In this document: in pieces, positions 38,224-48,845 of the stretch
How the letters are laid out: each line of letters starts with the position of its first letter
Numbering within the stretch: position 1 is the first letter of the stretch
Assembly: GCF_963921235.1 (NCBI RefSeq)
Contig: NC_086097.1
Location: forward strand, 131,876,001-131,940,000
Origin: Mobula hypostoma
Taxonomy: Eukaryota
DNA: 64,000 bases
Direction: 5' to 3'
The notes under the pieces: generated by a model
The model's input: the letters and a program-made list of their open reading frames with translations, nothing else
What the model was told of the DNA's origin: nothing
Databases searched by the model: none
Made by a program: the position numbers and the translations under genes

Positions 38224-38462
38224 GTGCCAATAAGTAAGCTTTAAACAAATCCAAGAAGACTACCTACCTGTTGAAGCACAGTGAGATATTTGAGTTTAAA
38301 AAAGCGCAGCAAGAAACGGTCGAGTAAAAAAAAACACCACAGCATGTGTTTCTTTGGGAATGGTTAGAGATTGTCAACTTATAAAAACGTAGAAAACAGA
38401 CACATTTATGGGTTTATAAACAGTAAGTACCAGGTGATAATAATCTTTAAAAAAGAGCGGAA

Positions 38463-39336
38463 ATGGTTGACTATATCAGAAAGACTGATGTATTCGATCA
38501 CACAACAGAAAACTGGCTCATATATATTGAGCTAATTGAACAATATTTGGAAGCTTATGAAATAATCAATGAGAAGCAAACACCAGTTTTGCTGAGTGCA
38601 TTCAGGTTAAAGGCATACAGTTTGCTGAGAAACTTAACTGCTCCAACTAATCAAGTCGAGATAAGTTTTGCTGATATCACAAAACTAATGTAGAAAAACT
38701 TAGAACTGAAACCATTGTTGATTGTAGACTGTTTAGGTTTCATAAGAAGAATTAAAGTGAGCTTGAACAAAATTGCAATGTTTAATTTGCCTGGCTGAAA
38801 AAATTATCTTATCGCTATGGTAAGACCTCACATACACCATTCCACTGCAGGTTTAAGGGTGAAATTTGCAGAAAATGCAACGAAGTATAACATATGCAGA
38901 GAGCATATCGGGGAGATAAAAATAAATGGACTGCAGAGAGAAGAGTAAAAGATAAAAAGTCAAATTGCAGTTTCAAAAGAGCATTATTCTGCATGCTGTG
39001 GATGAAAAACATGATAATGATAAGAGAGACACTGGAGTAAATAGCCTTGAGATTTACTATGTGAAAACTAACAATAGACAAGCAATATGGTTTTCACTAG
39101 AAGTGAACAGAAAATCAATTAAAATGGAATTGGACACTGGCTTGGTACTTCCAGTCATTCAACTAAATGTGTTTGAATGGCATTTCAAAGATACTAAAGT
39201 AAACCATGCAGATATCCAACTAAGAAATTATAATAGAGAAAAGATAACTCCTCTGGTAATGACATTCTTAACAGTGAAATACAACAACAAACAAGCCTCA
39301 TTGGACTTGTATATGATAAAAACAAAAGAGTATGTA
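38463..39336 (+). pseudogene. Gypsy gag and protease (decayed)
   Basis: FDHTTENW..YIE.IEQY...KAYSLLRNLTAP, knuckle CRFKGEICRKC, protease IKMELDTG. Confidence 0.85.
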
Positions 39337-39344
39337 ATTGTGAG

Positions 39345-42300
39345 TGTAAACACGAGAAAATCTGCAGATTCTGGAAATTCAAGCAACACACATAAATTGC
39401 TGGTGGAACACAGCAGGCCAGGGAGCATCTATAGGAAGAAGTACAGTCGAATTTGGGCTGAGACCCTTCGTCAGGACTAACTGAAAGAAGAGTTAGTAAG
39501 AGATTTGAAAGTGAGAAGGGGAGGGGGAGATCCGAAATGATAGGAGGAGACAGGAGGGGGAGGGATGGAGCCAAGAGCTGGAAAGTTGATTGGCAAAAGG
39601 GATACAGAGTTGGAGAAGGATCATGGGACGGGAGGCCTAGAGAGAAAGAAAGAAAGAAAGGGGGACGGGAGCCTAGAGGAAGATGGAGAGCAGGCAAGGA
39701 GTGATTGTGAGAGGGACAGAGAAAGAGAAAAAAGGGTGGAGAAATAAAAATAGACAAGGGATGGGGTAAGAAGGGGAGGAGGGGCATTAACGGAAGCTAG
39801 AGAAATCAATGTTCATGCCATCAGGTTGGAGGCTACCCAGACTGAATATAAGGTGTTGTTCCTCCAACCTGAGTGTGGCTTCATCTTGACAGTAGAGGAG
39901 GCCGTGGATAGACATATCAGAATGGGAATGGGATGTGGAATTAAAATGTGTGGCCACTGGGAGATCCTGCTTTCTCTGGCAGACAGAGCGTAGGTGTTCA
40001 ACGAAATGGTCTCCCAGTCTGCATCAGTTCTCATCAATATATAGAAGGCCACACCGGGAGCACCGGACGCAGTATATCACCCCAGCACACTCACAGATGA
40101 ACTGTCGCCTCACCTGGAAGGACTGTCTGGGGTCCTGAATGGTGGTGAGGGAGGAAGTGTAAGGGCATGTGTAGCACTTGTTCCACTTACAAGGATAAGT
40201 GCCGGGAGGGAGATCGGTGGGAAGGGATTGGGGGGGGGGGGGGAACGAATGGACAAGGGAGTCACGTGGGGAGAGATCCCTGTGGAAAGCAGAAAGAGTG
40301 GAGGAGGGAAAGATGTGCTTGGTGGTGGGATCCTGTTGGAGGTGGCAGAAGTTACAGAGAATTATATGTTGGACCCGGAGGCTGGTGGGGTGGTAGGTAA
40401 GGACAAGGGGAACCCTATCCCTAGTGGGGTGGCGGGAGGATGGGGTGAGAGCAGATGTGTGTGAATTGGGAGAGATGTATATCAGAGCAGAGTTGATGGT
40501 GGAGGAAGGGAAACCCCTTTCTTTAAAAAAGGAAGACATCTCCTTTGTCCTGGAATGAAAAGCCTCATCCTGAGAGCAGATGCGGTGGAGATGGAGGAAT
40601 TGCGAGAAGGGGATGCCATTTTTGCAAGTGACAGGGTGGGAAGAGGAATAGTCCAGGTAGCTGTGAGAGTCCGTAGGCTTATAGTAGACATCAGTAGATA
40701 AGCTGTCTCCAGGTACCAAAAAGGGATTAAATTTATAGGAGATTGTTATGAACGAGGTATATTGATGTCATTTGAACAACTAAAGGATAAATATAAAATA
40801 TCAAATAACACTTTCTTTTGTTACCTTCAATTAAGGGCTTACTTAAAAGGTAAACTGGGTCAAACAATGTTTTTGCCAAAACCTAATGAAATTGAAACTT
40901 TAATTCAAAAAGGGAAAATTAAAAAATTTATTTCTTGTATGTATAATTTGATTCAAAAACAGGCAATTAAACAAGGAATCCATAAGTCAAAACAAAAATG
41001 GGAAACAGATCTGAATATTAATATTGATGAAACAAATTGGTCAAGACTCTGTCTTGACAGTATGACAAATACAATAAATGTTCGACTTAGATTAGTACAA
41101 TATAATTTTTTACACCAATGATATATAACACCACAAAAAGTAAATAGATTAAATTCAAATTTATCCGATAAATGCTTTCGGTGTAATCAAGAAATTGGTA
41201 CTTTCTTACATTCTACTTGGTCTTGTTTTAAAATTCAACCCTTTTGGATAAATTTAAGAGTCTTATTGGAACAAATTACTGGAACTCAACTTCCATATAA
41301 CCCTGTATTATTTCTATTAGGTGATATTGAAGGGATAAAGCCGAAACTTAAATTGAATAAATATCAGAAAGAATTTATAAAAATTACACTGGCAGTAGCT
41401 AAGAAGACTATAGCAGTTACTTGGAAATCTGATTCATATTTAAGTATGAATCGTTGGAATAACGGCTAGTTCTATTCCACTCGAAAAAGTTACTTATAAT
41501 TTAAGAGATAAATATGTAACATTTTTGAATATTTGGCGCCCTTATTTACAAAAGATAGGATGGCATATTTAAGTGCTCCAATAAAGATCTTGGTCCCTTG
41601 GGGAAAGTAACGAATAAGTATACCAAATTTATTTTGAATCCCATGGAGCATGTGGAAACCTTCCAATACCCAGGCGGTTCTTCTTTTTTTCCTTCTTTCT
41701 TTTTTAGGTAGGACTATATATGGGGGGGGGGAGGGTTAAGGGGAGGGGGGAGGGTAGATACTATCTTTTCATGGATTCATTTTGAAAATTCAATAAAAAT
41801 TATATATTAAAAAAATGGCAGAAAAAAAAGAAAAAAAAAGTAAAAAAAAAAAGAAAGGGGAGGGACCTGTCAGAAATGGACCAGGTAAACTTGAGGGCAG
41901 GGTGAAAGTTGGAGGCAAAGTTAATAAAGTCAACTAGCTCAGCATGCGTGCAGGAAGCAGCGCCGATGCAGTCGTCGATGTAGCGGCAGGAAAGTGGGGG
42001 ACGGACACCAGTATAGGCTTGGAACATGGATTGTTCCACAAAGCCAACAAAAAGGCAGGCATAGCTGGGGCCCATATGGATGCCCATGGCTATACCTTTA
42101 GTTTGGAGGAAGTGGGAGGAGCCAGAGGAGAAATTATTCAGAGTAAGGACTAATTCTGCTAGACAGAGCAGAGTGGTGGTAGAGGGGAACTGGTTAGGTC
42201 TGGAATCCAAAAAGAAGTGGAGAGCTTTGAAACCTTCCTGGTGGGGTATGGAAATATATAGGGACTGGACATCCATGGTGAAAATAAGATGTTGGGGTTA

Positions 42301-42570
42301 GGGAACTTAAAATCATTGAAAAAATTCAGAGCGCGAGAAGTGTCACGAACATAGGTGGGAAGGGATTGAATAAGGGGGAATAAAACAGTGTCGAGGTATG
42401 CAGAAATGAGTTCGGTGGGACAGGAGCAAGCTGAGACAATGGGTCTACCTGGACAGGCAGGTTTGTGGATCTTGGGTAGGAGGTAGAAACGGGAAGTGCG
42501 GGGTGTGGGAACTATGAGGTTGGTGGCAAGGGATGGGAGATCCCCAGAGCTGATAAGGTTAGTGATCGTG
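39345..42570 (-). mobile_element. Penelope-like element (RT and GIY-YIG), 5'-truncated, split by L1
   Basis: FYLLPKIHKP..PGRPIVS, MDVQSLY.SIP, GIAMG..MGPSYACLF, RYIDD, YYKPTDSHSYL, GVIYCVRCSRCGLLYI. Flanked by 8-bp direct repeat ATTGTGAG (39337-39344, 42571-42578). Confidence 0.93.
40712..41851 (+). mobile_element. 5'-truncated L1-clade LINE (ORF2 C-terminus, 3' UTR, poly-A)
   Basis: LMSFEQLKDKY..FFCYLQLR, RLRLVQYNFLH, CCHC CFRCNQEIGTFLHSTWSC, G-rich 3' UTR tract, AATAAA at 41792-41797, A-rich tail. Confidence 0.92.
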
Positions 42571-42704
42571 ATTGTGAGGATGTGATTGGCTGAGACAACT
42601 ACAACCTGACTGGAGATCCATTCACAATTTGCATGCTGCATCCCTTGTTTTAGAAGGAGTCAACTGAAAACGAATTAAGAAAGGTAATGCATGATGATAC
42701 AGTT

Positions 42705-43560
42705 GTCTCCATGAGCCATTGCCCAATAGAGGGCAAACAAGTGTTGGTGCCAACGTCTGTGCCTCTGGTTGGAAATCAGATTGGACCAAAGGAAGACCAT
42801 GCTGTTCAGAGGAATTGTATAAATGACGAAAGCCATGGTCTGAATACAACAGTTTTTGTGGCCAATGTATCTGAGAAAGCTTCTGATATGTTAATCAGAT
42901 AGTTACTTGCAAAGTGTGGCTTGGTTTTCAGCTGGAAGGGGAGTTCAAAGAGCTTCAGGAAAGTTGCAAGTATTTGGCATTTATGAGTCTAAAGCGCCAG
43001 AATCCACTCTGTATGCATATTAAGTGGGAGACAAAAAGTTGCTTGGAAAAGTAGATGCAAAGGCCAAAGCCCAACTGGATGAATGGAAGGCCAAGATGAG
43101 ACACAAAAGCAGAGTATTTGTTAGATGATGTGAATGAGGAAACCTAAAGGAGAGATCAGATTGTAAAGGGATCATTAGAAGAATTAATTAGAGAATATTC
43201 CAGTGAACTAAATGGAACTTCCCAAGATCCAGATGCACATCCTAGAAAGAAGAAAAGGAAAAGAAAGAGGAGGATAACATAAATCTGTGAAAATGGAAGA
43301 GGATAAACAAGAACAGAGTTCTCAAGAAATTCGCAAATGGAGAGATATTCACAAGAAACTAGAAGAAAAAGGACGACGAGAAAACGGAAGGCAAAAAATT
43401 GAAAAGGAGAGAAGAGATAGAGAGAAAGAACATGAGTGAGAAAGAATTGGAGGAGCAAAAGAACACAAGAAAGAACACGAGTTGGAAAAGAGAGAGTAAG
43501 AAGCTGGGAGAAGAAAGGATTGATGTAAATCAAGAGAGAAAAGCCAAGGAAAGGAGAAAA
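42705..43560 (+). pseudogene. RBM25: Processed (intronless) RBM25 fragment: RRM plus start of the Arg/Glu-rich region
   Basis: Translates, with stops and frameshifts, to VLVPT...TTVFVANVSEKASDMLIR*LLAKCGLVFSWK, ASGKLQVFG.YE.K.PESTL, GDKKLL.KVDAKAKAQLDEWKAK, RRDQIVKG..E.LIREYSSELN..SQD.DAHPRKKK, MEEDK...QEIRKWRDIHKKLEE, EKERRDRE. Colinear with vertebrate RBM25 as I recall it. Confidence 0.93.
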
Positions 43561-43745
43561 TAAGGTGTCCAGAGCTGTCAGAGCCATTTCCTGCAGTCTC
43601 AGAGTCAACCACCATGGAGGAGGTCCCAGAAAATGAATTTGCTACACAGCTATGAGTCTCTCCTGCCAAATAGACTGACCTTCCATATCAGGAAAAACAT
43701 TACCCCACATGAGTAAGAGATCTTCCACAGCAATTAAATCTTTAG
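43560..43745 (+). pseudogene. Post-integrase C-terminal tail of Gypsy pol
   Basis: RCPELSEPFPAVSES...QEKHYPT*VRDLPQQLNL* resembles the R-Y-P-x-R-x-R-x-P-P-x-R-L tail of this Gypsy group. Followed by PPT and LTR. Confidence 0.7.
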
Positions 43746-43874
43746 GCCTGAATGGGACAATTTAAAATTTATTATGCTGTGGGTGTCTGTATGGTAGTTG
43801 TATTATATAGTGTACTGTGTATATAGTTGATGCACTCTCTATTGAGTTGGAATTTATAGCTAAGCGGGGAGGAG

Positions 43875-44104
43875 CATTGTGTATTCAGTAACATTTGAGC
43901 AGTATTGTAAATATGTTGTTTGATAAAGCTTTCTTGTTCATTGAAGTAATTCACTATGGCTATATGTAAAAATTAGTGATTTCCATACATCATGATGCCA
44001 CCACGTGATACGTACGCATCTCGCTTAATGTTAGATATGTTATTCTGAAATCCCTTGCTTCTATTTTGAATAGTTTTTATGCTTTGGAGTTACAAAACAT
44101 AACA
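43875..44104 (+). repeat. 3' LTR
   Basis: Immediately follows the PPT, ends ...AACATAACA, similar to 37977-38223. Confidence 0.8.
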
Positions 44105-44489
44105 GTAAGGCAAGCCTTCCTTGGAGTTAGATCAGCGGGGTCGATGAAATACTCATAATCCTGTATAAAGATTTTGCACCGCCTATGGCTGTTAGGTTGA
44201 AAACCAGGCTAGGTGAAATGAGAAGGTGAGCCAACATCCTGATCTCTTTGATGATCCACTTGCACAACCATTCTGCTATCATTCTGTTTCTGGGCAATGA
44301 ACAAAAATGCAAATTGGTATGGATTACAGTTAACTCCAGTGGGAGAAACTGTGTGAGTGCTGATTTAATATGAACCTTAAACAGTGGACAATAATGCTTC
44401 TTTTTTGGAGCAAATCTCGTCTCTAACTACAAATAGAAGAAAGCTACCCTGAGAAGAATTTGTCAAGTCAAGTCTTCTTGGTGCAGCCT

Positions 44490-45030
44490 CATAAACACAA
44501 ATAATTCTGCAGATACTAAGAATCTTGAGCAACACACACAAAATGCTTGAGGAACTCAGAAAGTCAGGCAGCATTTATTGAGGAGAATGAGCAGTCAAAG
44601 TTTTGGGCTTCATTACAACAGGAAAGGAGGGGGTCAGAAGCCAGAAAAAGAACACAGCCCTTCCATCCTCTTTTTTTCCATTCTTTATTCTGGTTACCCC
44701 TTCACTTCTCCTCACCTTTCCATTACATCCCTTTAGTTCCTCTCCTTTTCCCTTTCTTCCATGGTCCACTGTCTTCTCCTTTTAGATTCCTGCTTCTTCA
44801 GCCCTCTATCTTTTCCAATGTCATCACCCCTCCCCACACACCCACCTTCCCTTCAGCTGGTCTCATCCATCATAAGCTAGTCTGTAGTCCTTCACTTCCC
44901 CCACTTTCTTATTCTGGTTTCTTCCTTTTTTCTTTCGAGTCCTAATGAATTGTTGGAAATGTCTACTGTTTAATCCCCTGCATAGATGTTATCCAACTTG
45001 CTGAGTTCCTACAACATTTTGTGTGTGTCA
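44490..45030. mobile_element. Penelope terminal fragments in inverted arrangement
   Basis: ACACACAAAATGCTTGAGGAACTCAG at the left and CTGAGTTCCTACAACATTTTGTGTGT at the right, with a pyrimidine-rich spacer. Confidence 0.65.
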
Positions 45031-45789
45031 TTACAGTCTCAACGGGGAAGGGTGGTAATTGGTCTTATCCCAGCCTGCTTGTTCAAATAGAGATTCTTTA
45101 TCATCCAGCCAATTTAAATAAGTAACAATATCAGAAGAAGTAGCACATAATAAGAGTTTTCATATGTGTCCCTGGCTTGTGCCTTTCTAAACTTTTAAGT
45201 ATTAATTCTGTTGTCCACCAGTGTATGTCACGCACTGTAGCATGGCCATTGGTGTTCTACATCACCCATGATACTAAAACCACCTGTGCCAAAGTTTAAA
45301 ATAATGTATATTGTGATTGCATGAAAACATACAGCATGTAAGTGCATATCCCAAATGTGTGATAACAGAAACACATCTCAGACATGGTAGCTTGTTTTGA
45401 ACCAAATATCACAGGAAAAGAAAGAGGAGAGACACTGAGTATTGAAGTTGGGTTGTTAAGTTGCAGTTGTACAAGTTTTAGTAAGGCCGCACTTGGAATA
45501 TTGTGTTCAGTTTTGGTCACCCTGCTACACAGAAGATGCCATCAATCTGGAAAGCGTGCAGAAAAGGTTTACAGGGATGTTACCAGGACTCGACAAACTG
45601 GGTTATAGGGAGAAATTGATCAGCCTTGGACCTTATTCCCTGAAACTCTGAACTGAGGGGTAAACTGAGAGAGGGATATAAAAGCATGAGGGGCATTGAT
45701 AGGGAGAATGTATGCAGGGTTAGAGAATGAAGAACTAGGAGACATAGGGTTAAGGTGAGAAGTTAGAAAAGAATAATAGGAACCTGAAA

Positions 45790-46014
45790 CACACATCAAA
45801 GTTGCTGGTGAACGCAGCAGGCTAGGCAGCATCTCTAGGAAGAGGTACAGTCGACGTTTCGGGCCGAGACCCTTCGTCAGGACCCTTCGTCGGGGTCTCG
45901 GCCCGAACGTCGACTGTACCTCTTCCTAGAGATGCTGCCTGGCCTGCTGTGTTCACCAGCAACTTTGATGCGTGTTGCTTAAATTTCCAGCATCTGCAAA
46001 ATTCCTCATGTTTG
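45790..46014. mobile_element. Palindromic miniature Penelope-derived element
   Basis: Inverted arms of about 85 bp (45788-45872 and 45893-45976) homologous to the Penelope terminus at 39350-39480. Perfect 14-bp TSD ATAGGAACCTGAAA (45776-45789, 46015-46028). Confidence 0.9.
45848..45883 (-). ncRNA. Minimal type I hammerhead ribozyme motif
   Basis: Minus strand reads GTC-CTGACGA-A-GGGTCTCGGCCC-GAAAC-GTC^GACTG: CUGANGA and GAAA boxes, helix II hairpin, GUC cleavage triplet, helix I GUC/GAC. Confidence 0.75.
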
Positions 46015-47134
46015 ATAGGAACCTGAAAGGCAACTTTCTTATACAAAAGGTAGTCCATATAAGAACAAGCTGCCAGACAGGTGCATGTGTAGGAAAGGCT
46101 TAGGCACAAAAAATATGGGAATAGCTTAGATGGGTGTCTTGTTAGCATGGACCAGTTGAGCCAAAGATTCAACGTCCGTGCTGTATCACCCTGTGACTCT
46201 GAATATGACTCTAGAGGATACGGTGATATATTCAGAATATTCTATATTGCAACAGTGCATCTATGTAATCATTGCTCCATCCACTCATTCCCTTACCTTC
46301 TCAGCTTTTCATTCTGCCTTCTATCCCCCTTCCTTTCCATTCCTGATGAGAGGTCTCAGTCTGAAACATTGACCATATATATAATCTCCATAGATGCTGC
46401 CTCCAGTTCCGCCAGCATTTTGTGTGTGTTGCTTGAGGTTTCCAGCATCTGCAGAATCTCTTTTGTTTCTGTGTGTTGTTCCACTACTATGGAGAGAAGC
46501 ATGCAGAAGATGTACTGTGACTATTCATCAAAGTTAGGATTCTCAGGCAATGCAGACCATATATCTTTTACTTGGCTGCCTTATTGCAAAGGTTGAAAAT
46601 TAGTAAATAATGTGACTGCCTCTACCATGATATAGGAAGGCCCACTTAAGCATTTCTGCCACTCAGAAAGATCTGACATACAAGTTTGGAGGAGGTTCTT
46701 ACTAGCCCTGTGATCCACATCAGGTTGGAGAGAAGGACTGGGAGCCTCTGAAGTTTTTTTTCCTCTTGAACCTAATGAAGCTTATCACTACTTGCAATGG
46801 TACCATTGGAATCCTGTGCTTTTGAACCACAACTTAAAATTAAATACATTGCCAGGAAGGATATAAGTTACAAAGGAAGTCATACACCCCAATTGATGCC
46901 ATCAAGTGTAAGTTAGAAGCTGAGAAAGCTATGAACCTTCTCATGTAAACAGAGATAAAGATGCTGAGTCCAGATTTGCAGTTGCAGTGAATTCACTTGA
47001 AAATTTTCATTTTTGACAGGATTTATTGAGGTGTGATTGGATTTGAATTGCAAGATGTTATTAAAATGTTAATAATGCTTAAACTAACTAAAATTAAACT
47101 TTTATTGCTGATGATGTCACACAGCCTTTTGTGC

Positions 47135-47665
47135 TGGTTTATTATTGTCACATATACTCTGATGCAATGAAAAACTCTTTGTTTTTCACATCATCCTGAC
47201 AGATTATTCCATATATAAGTAACTTGCACTAGTCTAAAGAAAACTGAATGCAGCTGCAGAGAAAGCACAATGCAGGTAGACAACTAAGGTGGTAGGGTCA
47301 TAATGAGGTAGATTGGGAGATCAAGAGTTGTTCATTTAGCATGTAAGAGGTCCATTAAAGAGTCTGATAACAGAGGGATAGAAACTGCCCCTGAGTCTGG
47401 TAGTAAGTGTTTTCAAGGTGTTGTATCTTCTGCCCAGTGGTGGGGTTTGGAAGGGGGTGAGATGAGATGGTAGCAGGGTGAGAGGGACCCTTGATTATGT
47501 TGGCAGATTTCTCAAAACAGTGGAAAGTATGGTCAAAGACAACAGAGGGAAGACTGGTTTTCATGGTGGACTGAGCTGGGTTCACAACTCTGCAATTTCT
47601 AGCAGTTGACATATGAAGCTGTGATGCACCTGGATAGAAAGTTTCCTATGGCGCTTCTGTCTTTA
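47135..47665 (-). mobile_element. Rex1/Babar 3' fragment
   Basis: VVNPAQSTMKTSLPS...KSANIIKGPSHP; GGTTTATTATTGTCAC tail. Confidence 0.65.
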
Positions 47666-48419
47666 AAAAACTTCATACTTTTTCCCTTAACATCAAATCA
47701 TTGTGAGTTAATTTAACCCAGAGTTCTCACAGAAGGGCTTCAATCTGAAATGTTGACTGTTTCTCTTTCCACAGTTGCTGCCTGTACTGAAGAATATTTC
47801 CTGCATTTTTGTCCTTAGTTCATATGCCAACATCTCCTTTTTTCATTAACCCCCCGGAGCAAGTCATGTGTGCAATCACTTCCAGGTCAAAATGTGACAA
47901 TTATGAAATTCAACCAGTTACTCTTTTTATGACTTATTCCTGTGACTCTGAAACAATTCCTATGTCCACAATAAGACCATCATGAAAAGATACAGATGTA
48001 GAATGAGGGTATTCAGCCCATCAAGTCTGCCCTGCCATTCAATCATGGCTGATATTTTCATTTTCTCAAACCCATTCTCCCGCCTTCTCCCTGTAATACT
48101 TCATGCACTTACTAATCAGGAACCTGAAAAACTCTGCCTAAACACACCCAAAATGAATTGGCCTCCATAGTCCTCTGTGGTAATGAAGTCCACAAATTCA
48201 CGACCCTCTGCCAGAAGAAATCCCTTTATATGATTCAGGTGAAAATGTCATTTCATGTGCATAACTCCTTTTGGGGTATTGGAGGAGTCTCTAGCTTTCG
48301 GCAGCCACTGTGGGACATTGAATATGGTCAACCTACTGAGCTGACAGGCTTGAGCTTACTTCAGTATTCAACATAAATCTCAGGTATTTCCACCTTCTTA
48401 GAGGGTTGCTGCTGCAAGG

Positions 48420-48845
48420 AGAGGGTGGACAAACCAATTTTGTTTTTTCTGGAGCAACTGAGGCTGAGGGGAGAACTGATAGAAGTTTATAAAATTATTA
48501 GAGACATAGACAGAATTGATAGCTGGTATCTAACTCCCAGGGTCGAAATGCTAGATAACATGCACTTAAAGTGAGAGTAAGTAAATTCAAAGAAGAAGTG
48601 CAGGGTAAGTTTTTCACATAGAAATCAGTAGGTATTTGGAATGCACTACTGCGGTGATGGAGGAGGCAGGTATGACAGAAGCATTTAAGAGCCTCCAAAA
48701 TAGGCAGATGAATTTGCAGAGAATAAATGGATTTGGACTATGTGTAGGCAGAAGTGATAAGGTGCCATCTGCTTAGTTATTTCAGAACAACATTGTGACC
48801 AAAGGGTCTGTTCTCCTGCTGTGATGTTCTATGTTCTATGTTTCT
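48420..48845 (+). mobile_element. CR1 3' fragment
   Basis: AGGCTGAGGGGAGAACTGATAGAAGTTTATAAAATT (RLRGELIEVYKI); TGTTCTATGTTCTATG tail. Confidence 0.7.

Larger units (their letters stand above)
37977..44104 (+). mobile_element. Old Gypsy LTR retrotransposon carrying a captured RBM25 cDNA fragment and nested Penelope/L1
   Basis: Diverged LTRs 37977-38223 and 43875-44104, degenerate TSD GTACG/GTAAG, degenerate PBS after 38223, PPT AAGCGGGGAGGAG (43862-43874), gag-PR 38463-39336 resuming at 42571-42705, pol tail 43560-43745. Confidence 0.85.
45420..46215 (+). mobile_element. CR1 3' fragment split by a mini-Penelope
   Basis: LVRPHLEYCVQFWSP motif and 3' UTR; interrupted at 45790-46014. Confidence 0.75.

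Noticed and set aside
39194..39787. 197-aa Pro/Leu/Ser-rich ORF
   Set aside because: Translation of the pyrimidine-rich Penelope 3' region.
42705..43560. Functional RBM25 exon(s)
   Set aside because: Stops, frameshifts and deletions, no introns or splice sites, and embedded in a retrotransposon.
43156..43669. Hydrophobic minus-strand ORFs resembling membrane proteins
   Set aside because: They are the antisense of the purine-rich RBM25 Arg/Glu region.
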